DNA of 63,002 nt, counting the filler, from Actinomycetota bacterium (GTDB taxonomy: Bacteria > Actinomycetota > Acidimicrobiia > IMCC26256 > VFJJ01), in the NCBI GenBank assembly GCA_009886115.1. It is 4 parts of 4 records of this genome, joined end to end, with 100 filler letters (N's around TTAATTAATTAA, not from the genome) between each part and the next. Parts side by side here need not be neighbours in the genome. Positions count along the whole stretch, not along the records: positions 40,370 to 50,544 come from VFJJ01000158.1; 3 more parts are not named here. One strand, given 5' to 3'. Positions 40,496 to 49,364 of the stretch are shown here, in pieces; the first letter of the stretch is position 1, and each line of letters opens with the position of its first letter. The translations under genes were made by a program, and so were the position numbers. The notes beneath the pieces are model-generated. The model was not told the DNA's origin and made no database searches. It saw nothing but the letters and a program-made list of their open reading frames with translations.

Positions 40496-41284
40496 ATGAG
40501 CCCTCCCGTCCCGTCGACCGTCGAGTGCCCGGCGTCGAGCCCCGACGGAGGCGACACCGCCGGCGCCCGCGGCGTCGAGGTCGGGCTCGCCCGCATGCTC
40601 GACCGCCTGCCGGCGAGCATGCTGTTCATCGTCCGGGCCGTGTCGGCGCTGGCCCTCGTGGCGTTGACGGCTTGGTGGGTGATTCCCCGGCATTCGTTCA
40701 GCGGACCCGTCCTCTACATCGTCGACGCCGAGAGCGAGCACGGGCTACATCTGGGCGATCTCCCGGCGGGCCTGTACCTCCTGAGCGCGCTGTGGCTCGT
40801 CTGGCCGCTCGCCCGATCGGAGAGCCAGGGACGGCGACTGGTCGACGCCGCCCGGCTGGTCGGTGTGGGCGCCATCGTGGGTGCCGCCCTCTGGTGGGTG
40901 ATCCCGCGCCACGGCTGGAGCGGGCCGGTCATCCTGGGCTTCACCGGCGCGCATGGCGTGCACCTCCTCGATGGCCTGGCCCCGGTCTTCCTGCTCGCCG
41001 CCCTGGCGGTGGGCTGGCCCTGGCGCCACGAGCTCGTCGCTGGCGGGTTCATCGGCATCGCCTTGTGGTGGACGGCCGGCAACCACGAGAGCTTCTCGGG
41101 GCCCGTGCTGTTCCGGCTGGGCTCGCGAGCGTTTCGTCGGGGCGATCTCGCCGCGTTCTTGTGGCTGGGGCTGGCGTGGGTGACTCTCCATTCAAGGTGG
41201 CGTGAAAACCGGCGATACGAGAGAGACCGAGCACTCAACGCGGCGCCATCCCCCTCGGAGCGGGGATCTGCCCTCCACCCCTAG
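40496..41284 (+). CDS. Membrane protein with three internal repeats
   Basis: WW....H..SGPV(L/I) at 40673, 40892 and 41066, each between hydrophobic helices. Confidence 0.75.
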   Translation: MSPPVPSTVECPASSPDGGDTAGARGVEVGLARMLDRLPASMLFIVRAVSALALVALTAWWVIPRHSFSGPVLYIVDAESEHGLHLGDLPAGLYLLSALWLVWPLARSESQGRRLVDAARLVGVGAIVGAALWWVIPRHGWSGPVILGFTGAHGVHLLDGLAPVFLLAALAVGWPWRHELVAGGFIGIALWWTAGNHESFSGPVLFRLGSRAFRRGDLAAFLWLGLAWVTLHSRWRENRRYERDRALNAAPSPSERGSALHP

Positions 41285-41442
41285 GTCATCTCAGTCATGG
41301 GACCCCGATCCCATGCGCGCCACAATTACCTCATAGAGCAACCATCCTGTGACGGATGGTGCGCGAGATGATCTTCGCCTTGGCCGCGCCTCAGTTATCG
41401 GCGATGTGGTACCGAGAGCGCTCACACGTGGAGGACGGCCAG

Positions 41443-43626
41443 GTGAAGTTCCGTAAGGGCGACAAGGCATTTGAGACTCCGACCCCGCCCATTCGCGGCA
41501 CAGAGAACGTGCCTCCAAGTGCTCCCGTACCGAGCTCGATCGCCCTCCCGCCTTTGCCGCCGCTACCGCCCTTGGCGCCGGTCAACGGCGTGGCGCCCAT
41601 CACCGGCATGACGCTGGTCACCGGCACGTCACCGAGCAACGGCAGCGCGCCCCCGCCCGTAGCGGCAGCCCCGCCCGCACCGGCGACCTCGGTCGCGGCC
41701 CCGGTCGCAACCCCGTCAGCCGTCTCCACGCTGTCACCGCCGGGTGACGCACCTGCGAGCGCCCTGCCTGCGAGCGCCGATGCGCCGTCGTCCCCGCCTC
41801 CCCCGGGTGAAGCCGGGGCGAGCCCGGAACCGAGCCTCCTCCCCTTCCACGCGCCGCTCCCAGCCCGCAAGCGCATCGGCGACATCCTCGTCTCGAACGC
41901 CTCGGTCACCCCGGCGCAGCTCGTGGAAGCCCTCCAGCGCCAGGAGCAGGCCCGCATCGCGGCCAACGGTCAGGGTGGGGCTCCCCGCCTGGGCCAGATC
42001 CTCATCGACCTGGGCGCGCTCGACGAGCACGAGCTCATCGGCGGTCTCGCCCGACAGCTCGATGTCGAGTTCTTCGACCTGGCCAACTCCGAGCCCTCCC
42101 CCGAGGCCATCGCCCTGCTCGACGAGAGCTTCGCCCGCTCCCACCTGGCGATCCCTGTGCGGTGCACCGTCAGCACCGTCGACGTCGTCGTGGCCGACCC
42201 CACCGACGAAAGCCTCGAGCCCGCGCTGCGAGCCCGAACCGGACGTGATGTCCGCCTGTTCGTCGCTCCCGCCGACGAGATCAGGGCCACCATCGCCCGC
42301 AACTACTCGGCCCTCGCCGGTACCCACGACATCGTGCAGGCCTTCGAGATCGCCGAGCAGGCCCGTCCCCGCGGCCGGGCTCCCGCCGCCCCGTCAGCCC
42401 TCGCCACGGCCGCCGCCGAGGCCGCGGCTGCGGCCACCACGGGCGGCGCCATCACCGACGATCTCGCGCCCGTCATCCAGATCGTCAGCCTGATGCTCAC
42501 CCAGGCCGTGCGCGACCGAGCATCCGACGTCCACATCGAGCCGCAGGAGCACGAGCTGCGGGTGCGGTTCCGGATCGACGGATCGCTGCGCGAGGTGCTG
42601 CAGCTCCCGCTCACCATGGCTGCGGCGATCACCAGCCGCATCAAGGTCATGGCCGGCATGAACATCGTCGAGCGCCGTCGACCCCAGGACGGTCAATTCG
42701 AGACCACCGTCGACAACCGGGCGCTCGACGTGCGGGTCTCGACCACAGCCACCGTCCGGGGCGAGAAGGCCGTCCTCCGAATCCTCGACAAGAGCCGCTC
42801 CCTCTACACCATGCCCGAGCTGGGCATGCCCGCCAGCGTGGCGCCCATCTACTCACGGCTGGTGAACCAGCCGTTCGGGATGGTCATCTGCGCAGGGCCC
42901 ACGGGGTCGGGCAAGACGACCACGCTGTACGCCACGGTCAACGACATCAACGACCTCGAGCGCAACATCATGACCATCGAGGACCCCGTCGAGTACGTCT
43001 TCCCGGGCGTCAACCAGATCCAGATCAACGAGACGGCCGACATCACCTTCGCCGGAGGCCTCAAGTCGATCCTGCGTCAGGATCCAGACATCATCCTCGT
43101 CGGCGAGGTGCGCGACGCCGAGACCGCACGCATCGCAGTCCAGTCGGCGCTCACCGGCCACTTGGTGCTCTCGTCGTTGCACGCCACCGACGCGGCATCG
43201 GCATTGCACCGCCTCCTCGACATGGACATCGAGTCCTTCCTCATCGCAGCGGCGATCACCGGCGTCGTCGGCCAACGCCTCGTGCGCCGGGTGTGCCGGT
43301 CGTGCCGCGCCCCACACTCGCTCACCCCGGAGGAGCTGACCGTCTTCGAGGCGGGCGGCGGACGAACCGAAGGCGCCCGCTTCGTGAAGGGCACCGGGTG
43401 CAACTTCTGCTCCGGCACCGGCTATCAGGACCGCATCGGCGTCTACGAGGTGCTCGTCGTCACCGAGAGCATGCGTCAGCTCATCCTCGAGCGGGCATCG
43501 CACCGGGCCATGCGCGATCACGCGATCGCCAACGGCATGCGCACCATGCAAGAAGCCGCGTTCGACCTCGTGGCTGCCGGCGTGACGACCGTCGACGAGG
43601 TTCTCCGCAGCGTCTACTCGACCTGA
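41443..43626 (+). CDS. pilB: Type IV pilus assembly ATPase PilB (GspE family) with Pro-rich leader and MshEN domain
   Basis: RASDVHIEP, RRPQDG, GPTGSGKTT, TIEDPVE, RQDPDIILVGEVRD, CRSC/CNFC; GGAGG before GTG 41443. Confidence 0.92.
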   Translation: MKFRKGDKAFETPTPPIRGTENVPPSAPVPSSIALPPLPPLPPLAPVNGVAPITGMTLVTGTSPSNGSAPPPVAAAPPAPATSVAAPVATPSAVSTLSPPGDAPASALPASADAPSSPPPPGEAGASPEPSLLPFHAPLPARKRIGDILVSNASVTPAQLVEALQRQEQARIAANGQGGAPRLGQILIDLGALDEHELIGGLARQLDVEFFDLANSEPSPEAIALLDESFARSHLAIPVRCTVSTVDVVVADPTDESLEPALRARTGRDVRLFVAPADEIRATIARNYSALAGTHDIVQAFEIAEQARPRGRAPAAPSALATAAAEAAAAATTGGAITDDLAPVIQIVSLMLTQAVRDRASDVHIEPQEHELRVRFRIDGSLREVLQLPLTMAAAITSRIKVMAGMNIVERRRPQDGQFETTVDNRALDVRVSTTATVRGEKAVLRILDKSRSLYTMPELGMPASVAPIYSRLVNQPFGMVICAGPTGSGKTTTLYATVNDINDLERNIMTIEDPVEYVFPGVNQIQINETADITFAGGLKSILRQDPDIILVGEVRDAETARIAVQSALTGHLVLSSLHATDAASALHRLLDMDIESFLIAAAITGVVGQRLVRRVCRSCRAPHSLTPEELTVFEAGGGRTEGARFVKGTGCNFCSGTGYQDRIGVYEVLVVTESMRQLILERASHRAMRDHAIANGMRTMQEAAFDLVAAGVTTVDEVLRSVYST

Positions 43627-43639
43627 CAGGAACGATGCG

Positions 43640-44848
43640 ATGCCGATCTACAAGTACAAGGCAACGAACGAGCAGGGCAAGCAGGTCAAGGGCCGGCTCG
43701 ACGCCACGTCGGAGGCGGCGGCTCGCTACGAGCTGGCCCGGCTGCATCTCATCCCCACGTCGATACGCGAGCGGAAGTCGATCCTCCAGATCGAGATCAC
43801 CGCGCAACGGGTGAAGCCGGCGGACGTCATGAACGCGTCGCGGCAGCTGTCGGCATTCGTACGCGCCGGTATCTCGATCCTCGATGCCCTGCAGATCATC
43901 GCCGAGGAGGTCGAGAACAAGCGCTTCCGAGGGATCCTCGACGACATCCGCATCCGGGTCCAGGGTGGCGAGCCGCTCGCTGTGGCCGTGAATGCCCACA
44001 CCGACGTGTTCCCCGAGTACTTCGTGGGCATCCTCCGGGCGGCCGAGCTCACCGGTCATCTCGACGACGCGCTCGACCAGCTCGCCGACTACATCGACCG
44101 CGACCTCGAGGCCAAGCGCAAGATCAAGTCAGCGATCACGTACCCCACCGTCGTGATGGGCTTCGCCGTCGTCACCGTGGTGGTGCTCTCGGCCTGGGTG
44201 CTTCCCCGGTTCAAGACCTTCTTCCAGAGCCTCGACGCCGACCTGCCCCTCTCGACCCGGATGCTGCTCGGCATCACCGACTTCCTCACCGGCTGGTGGT
44301 GGCTGCTCACGGGCCTCATCGTCGTGGGCGTGCTCGGTCTCGTGGCCGGGTTGCGGACGGAGGCCGGGAGAACCGCTCGCGACAAGGTGCTCCTGCGCCT
44401 CCCCGGGCTCGGCAACGTCGTGCGCTTCGCGATCATCGAGCGATTCTGCCGCATGCTCTCGTCGATGGTGAAGGCCGGTGTCCCGCTGCCCGACGCCATG
44501 TCGGTGGCCACGGCGTCGACCAACAACCGGGTTTTCCAGAAGGGCCTGACCGGCGCACGCGACGCCATGGTGCGCGGAGAAGGCCTCGCCCGGCCGATCG
44601 CCGAGACCGGCTTGTTCCCGGGGAGCGCAAACCAGATGCTGCGTGTCGGCGAGAACACGGGCACCCTCGACACGCAGCTCGCAGGCGCGGCACGGTACTT
44701 CGAGCGGGAGCTCGGTTACAGGATCAAGAAGTTCACCGACATGTTCGAGCCCGCCATCATCCTCGTCGTCGGCCTCGTCGTCGGCTTCGTCGCGGTGGCG
44801 CTCGTGCAGGCGATGTACGGCGTGTTCGGGCAGGTGAACACGCAGTGA
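43640..44848 (+). CDS. pilC: Type IV pilus platform protein PilC (GspF family)
   Basis: Two T2SSF domains: AELTGHLD...KIKSAITYP and VGENTGTLD...FEPAII. Confidence 0.92.
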   Translation: MPIYKYKATNEQGKQVKGRLDATSEAAARYELARLHLIPTSIRERKSILQIEITAQRVKPADVMNASRQLSAFVRAGISILDALQIIAEEVENKRFRGILDDIRIRVQGGEPLAVAVNAHTDVFPEYFVGILRAAELTGHLDDALDQLADYIDRDLEAKRKIKSAITYPTVVMGFAVVTVVVLSAWVLPRFKTFFQSLDADLPLSTRMLLGITDFLTGWWWLLTGLIVVGVLGLVAGLRTEAGRTARDKVLLRLPGLGNVVRFAIIERFCRMLSSMVKAGVPLPDAMSVATASTNNRVFQKGLTGARDAMVRGEGLARPIAETGLFPGSANQMLRVGENTGTLDTQLAGAARYFERELGYRIKKFTDMFEPAIILVVGLVVGFVAVALVQAMYGVFGQVNTQ

Positions 44849-45291
44849 AGGCTTCACAGCCGACGCGCCGCGGTCCCCGTCTCTCCCACCTCGCGCGCCC
44901 GCGGCTCTCTGCCGATCGGCGCGCTGCGGGGCAGGCGGGCTCGACGCTGGTCGAGGTGCTCCTGGCGGTGGCCATCCTCGGCATCGTGGTCGTCGCGCTC
45001 ATGACCGGCCTGCTGACCCTGGCCCGCTCGACACGCATCCATCGCAACCACTCGAACGGGCTCGCGGTGATCACCTCGGCCGCCGAGTACGCATCCGACA
45101 ACTCGCAGCTCGTCTACCAAGCGGGCTGCCCATCGGCGCCCCCTGCGTACACCGTCCCGTCCGGATCGTTCCCCGGCGTGAGCGTGGCGACGAGCTGCGT
45201 CGACACCACGCTCCAGAAGCTCACGCTCACACTGGCCTTCACGAACCCGGCCGGGTCTTGGACGCTCGAAGTGCTCAAGAGGCCCGCGTGA
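44845..45291 (+). CDS. Minor pilin (PilV/GspI-like)
   Basis: Class III signal AG|STLVEVLLAVAILGIVV; GTGA overlaps at both ends. Confidence 0.85.
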   Translation: MKASQPTRRGPRLSHLARPRLSADRRAAGQAGSTLVEVLLAVAILGIVVVALMTGLLTLARSTRIHRNHSNGLAVITSAAEYASDNSQLVYQAGCPSAPPAYTVPSGSFPGVSVATSCVDTTLQKLTLTLAFTNPAGSWTLEVLKRPA

Positions 45292-47489
45292 AGGCCGTTC
45301 GCCGTGCTCGCCGTGCCGCCGAGACCGGGCGCGCCACCGCTCGGCGCGAGGGCGGGTTCACGCTGCCCGAGCTGCTCGTCACCATCGTGATCACCGGGCT
45401 GCTCGTGAGCGTCATCGCCGTGGCGATCATCACCAGCCTGCAGAACCAGAACCGATCCAGCGCACAGCTCGCGGCCTCCCACGACGCGCAGCTCCTGTCG
45501 GTGTACCTCCCGAGCGACATCGCCAGCGCATTCGCCGTCGACGAAGACGCCGGCCGGCCCACCGACTGTGTGAGCCCGACCGACCCCCGTTACACCAAAG
45601 TGCTCGGATTGACCGTGCTCGACGCGGCGGCATCCAGCACCTCGTATGTGGCCTACTGGGCAGAGGCAAGCGAGCTCGTCCGCTACACCTGCGGGGGCTC
45701 GACCTCCCGGCTCGTCGTCGCCCACGAGGTCACCGCTGCCGACGCGACGCCTCCGACAAGTGGTTTCGCTCACTGGACCGTCAGAGTCACATCGACGGTG
45801 CGTGGCGTCACCTTTCCGTTCACCTTCACGGCCACACCGCGGACCCCCGGCGTGAACCTGGGGAACGGCAATGCGCCGCCGCCTCCCCCGGCACCGCCTC
45901 CTCCACCGCCGCCCCCCGGTCCTCCACCGCCGCCACCGCCGCCACCGGCTCCAGGAACGTGCACGGCGGTCACTTCCGGTGGGGCCACGCCGAACCCGAC
46001 GACGCTCGCCAACGGTGGCGCGCTGGCCCAGCCGGTGCGGTTCGCGGTCGTGGCCACCGGCTGTACCGGTGCGCTCTCGGTCACCTACACACCGGGGAAT
46101 GCCGGAAGCTCCGCGGTCACCCTGCCGTTGACGCTGTCGAGCGGCGTGTACCGCTCGGCCAGCGCGCCCAACACCGGCTGGACCGCCGGGACCAAGACGT
46201 TCGTCGTCAACAACACCGGGATCGTTCCCGCACCCTCGTTCACCTTCGTCGTGAACCCGGCACCGGTGCCCTGCACCTACACCTCGGGATCGGCGACACC
46301 CACGACCGTCCCAGTCACGACCACCGGGACGGCGATCCCGTCGAGTGGCATCGCCTTCACCTTCGCCACGACGGGAACCACCTGCCCGAACACGTTGTCG
46401 GTCCAGTTCCAGCGAGGCAACGGCAGCACCAACGGCACGTACACCGCCACCAACAACGGCACCGGCATCTACTCGTTCTTGGTGCCATCGACCGACTGGA
46501 CGACCGGCTCGAAGACCGCCACGATCACCTCGGGTGCCAGCACCTTCGGCACCTTCACCGTCACGACAGCCACCGCATGCCAGCTCTCGACGCCGGCACC
46601 GACACCCACCGCACTCCAGGTCACCAGCGGCGGGCTCGTCATCGGAGGAGCTCCCACGGCCAGCGTGTCCACAACAGGCACCTGCTCAGGCTTGACGATC
46701 ACCATCCCCGGCGTCACCACCAACCTCGCACTCTCCGCTGCCGGCACCGCCACCCTGCCCGCCTCGGGCTGGCCCACCAACACGCCGACATCGGTGACGG
46801 CAACCGTGAACGGCGCTCACACCGCAGCCGGCGTAGCCGCCACTTGGGCCATCACGCTAACGACGCCCTGCACCTACGTCTCGGGATCGCCGCCGGCGTC
46901 GGTCACCGTGTTCGACAACGGCGCCCTCACCGCCGCCGCGCCGACCTTCTCGCTGGTCACCATCGGGAGCTGTGCAGCAATCACGGTCAGCAACGGCTCG
47001 GGGAGCGGAAGCGTGACCGCGTCGGGCGCCAGCCGGACCGTCACCCTGCCGGCCACCGGTTGGCCCAACAACCGCACCAACGCATCGGTCGGCGCAACGC
47101 TGAGCTTCACGGGCATCGTCCGCCCCGACGGCACTGGCCTCACGCTCGGCCCCATCGCCGTCACCCAGGTCTGCACCGTCGCGACACCGACCCCGACCGC
47201 CCTGACCGGCACCGTGAGCGGATCCAACCTGGCCATCGCCGCCAACACCCGATTGCGCTTCACCACGGTCGGGAACTGCTCGACCAACTTCACGTCGGCA
47301 ACGGTCACCGGAACCGGCGGGTTCAGCACCGGTCCTTTGGCCCTGAGCCTCACGAGCGGGGTCTGGACCTCGGCTCCGTTGCCGACAACCGGGTGGCGGA
47401 CGGGCCGGACCTACCAGGTCACGCTGGCCCCGTCCGGCACTGGATTCAACGCCAACGGATCCGCGGGCGGCTGGAGCATCACGACATGA
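45288..47489 (+). CDS. Giant modular minor pilin (PilW/GspJ-like N-terminus, poly-Pro linker, five ~100-aa repeats)
   Basis: GG|FTLPELLVTIVI; poly-Pro at about 45875-45953; repeats starting with Cys at 45960, 46272, 46578, 46869 and 47172. Confidence 0.85.
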   Translation: MKAVRRARRAAETGRATARREGGFTLPELLVTIVITGLLVSVIAVAIITSLQNQNRSSAQLAASHDAQLLSVYLPSDIASAFAVDEDAGRPTDCVSPTDPRYTKVLGLTVLDAAASSTSYVAYWAEASELVRYTCGGSTSRLVVAHEVTAADATPPTSGFAHWTVRVTSTVRGVTFPFTFTATPRTPGVNLGNGNAPPPPPAPPPPPPPPGPPPPPPPPPAPGTCTAVTSGGATPNPTTLANGGALAQPVRFAVVATGCTGALSVTYTPGNAGSSAVTLPLTLSSGVYRSASAPNTGWTAGTKTFVVNNTGIVPAPSFTFVVNPAPVPCTYTSGSATPTTVPVTTTGTAIPSSGIAFTFATTGTTCPNTLSVQFQRGNGSTNGTYTATNNGTGIYSFLVPSTDWTTGSKTATITSGASTFGTFTVTTATACQLSTPAPTPTALQVTSGGLVIGGAPTASVSTTGTCSGLTITIPGVTTNLALSAAGTATLPASGWPTNTPTSVTATVNGAHTAAGVAATWAITLTTPCTYVSGSPPASVTVFDNGALTAAAPTFSLVTIGSCAAITVSNGSGSGSVTASGASRTVTLPATGWPNNRTNASVGATLSFTGIVRPDGTGLTLGPIAVTQVCTVATPTPTALTGTVSGSNLAIAANTRLRFTTVGNCSTNFTSATVTGTGGFSTGPLALSLTSGVWTSAPLPTTGWRTGRTYQVTLAPSGTGFNANGSAGGWSITT

Positions 47490-48898
47490 CACGGCGAGTT
47501 GACATGACGACAGGCCGGCGTGAGCGCGGGTCGGTGTTGATCCTCGTGCTGGTGTTCATGTCGGCGGTGGGGCTCGTGACGATCGCCCTCCTGAAGCAGA
47601 CAGACACGAACTTCCGGTTCGGCAGGGTCGCCAAAGCCGAGCAGGCGAGGAACTACGCCGCGCAGGCCGGCATCGACGCCGCGATCGATCGCATGCACCA
47701 GGCCGGCGGGTGCGACTCGACGCCGAGCCTCACCGGACTCCCGGTCGTCAACACCCGCACCCCGAGCGTCACGATCGAGTGCCTGGCGCTGTCGCAAATC
47801 TCGAGCGCAGCCGCTCCGTGGTCGGTCTTCATCACCGGAACGACCGGTACCACTCCCGGGTTCACGACCATCGGTGGTTCCACGACGATCGACGGCCCGT
47901 TCTACAACGGTCTGCCCGGGCCGTCGGCCTGGGGCAATCAGCTCGACCTCACGGTTACTGGCGGCGACGTGCAGCAGGTCCAGATCCCGGGAACCGGATG
48001 CTCAACGCAGCCCTCGAACCTCGATGTCGACACCGCTGCCGGGTACGGGTATTACGGCTGTCTCGACCCGCTGCCGACGCCGACGTACACGTCAGACCTC
48101 CCATCCGGTCTGGTTGCTGCACCGGCACCAGTCACCAACGGCGCCGGTACGTGCCGGGTCTTCTTCCCCGGGATCTACCAGGGCAACCTGCCAGCGCTGC
48201 TCGAGGGCCCCGGTACGGTCAACTACTTCGCGAGCGGCGTCTACTTCTTAGACGGCATGGGAAACATCGTACTCAACCCCTCGGCAGGGTCGGTCATCAA
48301 TGTCCTGGGTGGCAAGCCCCACTTGACCCAGCAGACGCAGCTCGGCCTCTCGTGCAGCGCATCGCAGTACGCCAGCGACCCGGCAAACGGTGTGCTCTTC
48401 GTGCTCGGGGGCACGTCGAAGATCCGAGCCAACTCCAACGTCAACATGGAGCTCTTCGGATGGACGGCTCCGAGCGGCATCGAGCTCAGCCTCTACCAGG
48501 CAACCACCACGCTGGATGCCACTGCCCCCGCACCCTTTGCCGGGGTCGCCTCCAATCCGCAGGGAGGTGAGACCCTCCGAGTGTCTTCGGGAGGCTCAGG
48601 CAGCGACGTCGTGATCCACGGCCTCGTGTACTCGCCCGGAGCGTCGGTCGACGCCTCAGGGTCCGACTCGTTCGGGCGCGTCGAGCTGCGCGGGGGCGTC
48701 GTCGCTGATCAGCTCACCATCAAGCGAACCGCCACGGTGGCGCTGGGACTGCCGGCCGGGTACCGGTCCACCGCCATCGTCACGTCCACCGCCGTCCCGA
48801 TCTCGGGCGAAGGCGGTCAACCAGTCACGGCCACCGCAGTGGTGCACATCGGAGGCACCAGCGACAGCCCCGTCATCGCCTCATGGCGACTCAGCTAG
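47486..48898 (+). CDS. PilX/GspK-like minor pilin with large C-terminal domain
   Basis: ERG|SVLILVLVFM (no Glu5), ARNYAAQAGIDAAI; Gly/Thr-rich beta region. Confidence 0.8.
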   Translation: MTRRVDMTTGRRERGSVLILVLVFMSAVGLVTIALLKQTDTNFRFGRVAKAEQARNYAAQAGIDAAIDRMHQAGGCDSTPSLTGLPVVNTRTPSVTIECLALSQISSAAAPWSVFITGTTGTTPGFTTIGGSTTIDGPFYNGLPGPSAWGNQLDLTVTGGDVQQVQIPGTGCSTQPSNLDVDTAAGYGYYGCLDPLPTPTYTSDLPSGLVAAPAPVTNGAGTCRVFFPGIYQGNLPALLEGPGTVNYFASGVYFLDGMGNIVLNPSAGSVINVLGGKPHLTQQTQLGLSCSASQYASDPANGVLFVLGGTSKIRANSNVNMELFGWTAPSGIELSLYQATTTLDATAPAPFAGVASNPQGGETLRVSSGGSGSDVVIHGLVYSPGASVDASGSDSFGRVELRGGVVADQLTIKRTATVALGLPAGYRSTAIVTSTAVPISGEGGQPVTATAVVHIGGTSDSPVIASWRLS

Positions 48899-48973
48899 CC
48901 GCTGAGAACCCAGGACCTCAGCAGCGAAGCGGCTGAGTCCACGTCACGGAAGATCCAATGAAAGGAAAACCCG

Positions 48974-49318
48974 ATGTTCAAGCATGTCAAGCGGCTCCGC
49001 ACCGAGGAGGGCTTCACCCTCATCGAGCTCCTCGTGGTGATTGTCATCCTCGGCGTCCTCGCCGGCATCGTCGTGTTCTCCGTCTCGGCCATCGGCGACA
49101 AGGGCCAGACCAGCGCGTGCCAGGCAGACCTCAAATCGATCCAAATCGCAGAAGAAGCCGCATTCGCCAATAGCGAACCCGGCATCTACCTCGACGAGGC
49201 GGGCCTTGTCGCTGGTGGCTACCTTGCCGAACTCTCAACGCTCCATGCAGCCACCGTCACGGGGGGTGGGACGGGCTACGCGATCGCCGCAGTCGCGCCC
49301 TGTACGAACTCGATCTAG
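48974..49318 (+). CDS. pilA: Major type IV pilin
   Basis: EEG|FTLIELLVVIVILGVLAGIVV, 114 aa, two Cys, AAAGGA RBS. Confidence 0.88.
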   Translation: MFKHVKRLRTEEGFTLIELLVVIVILGVLAGIVVFSVSAIGDKGQTSACQADLKSIQIAEEAAFANSEPGIYLDEAGLVAGGYLAELSTLHAATVTGGGTGYAIAAVAPCTNSI

Positions 49319-49344
49319 TACCGACTGGACTCGAAGCATCCAAG

Positions 49345-49360
49345 AAAAGGTGGCGCGGCC
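49345..49360. terminator. Left arm of a terminator hairpin split by the IS (right arm at 50307-50318)
   Basis: AAAA-GGTGGCGCGGCC pairs perfectly with GGCCGCGCCACC beyond the IS; the A-run is a U-tract for the minus strand. Confidence 0.75.
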
Positions 49361-49364
49361 CTCA

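Noticed and set aside
41285..41442. Hairpins upstream of pilB as a c-di-GMP riboswitch
   Set aside because: Two simple stems (CATGGGA/TCCCATG, ACCATCC/GGATGGT) but none of the class I or II conserved motifs I can recognise
45959..47485. His/Arg-rich 5' part of the 979-aa ORF
   Set aside because: Off-frame reading of the Thr-rich giant pilin; the real gene starts at 47486
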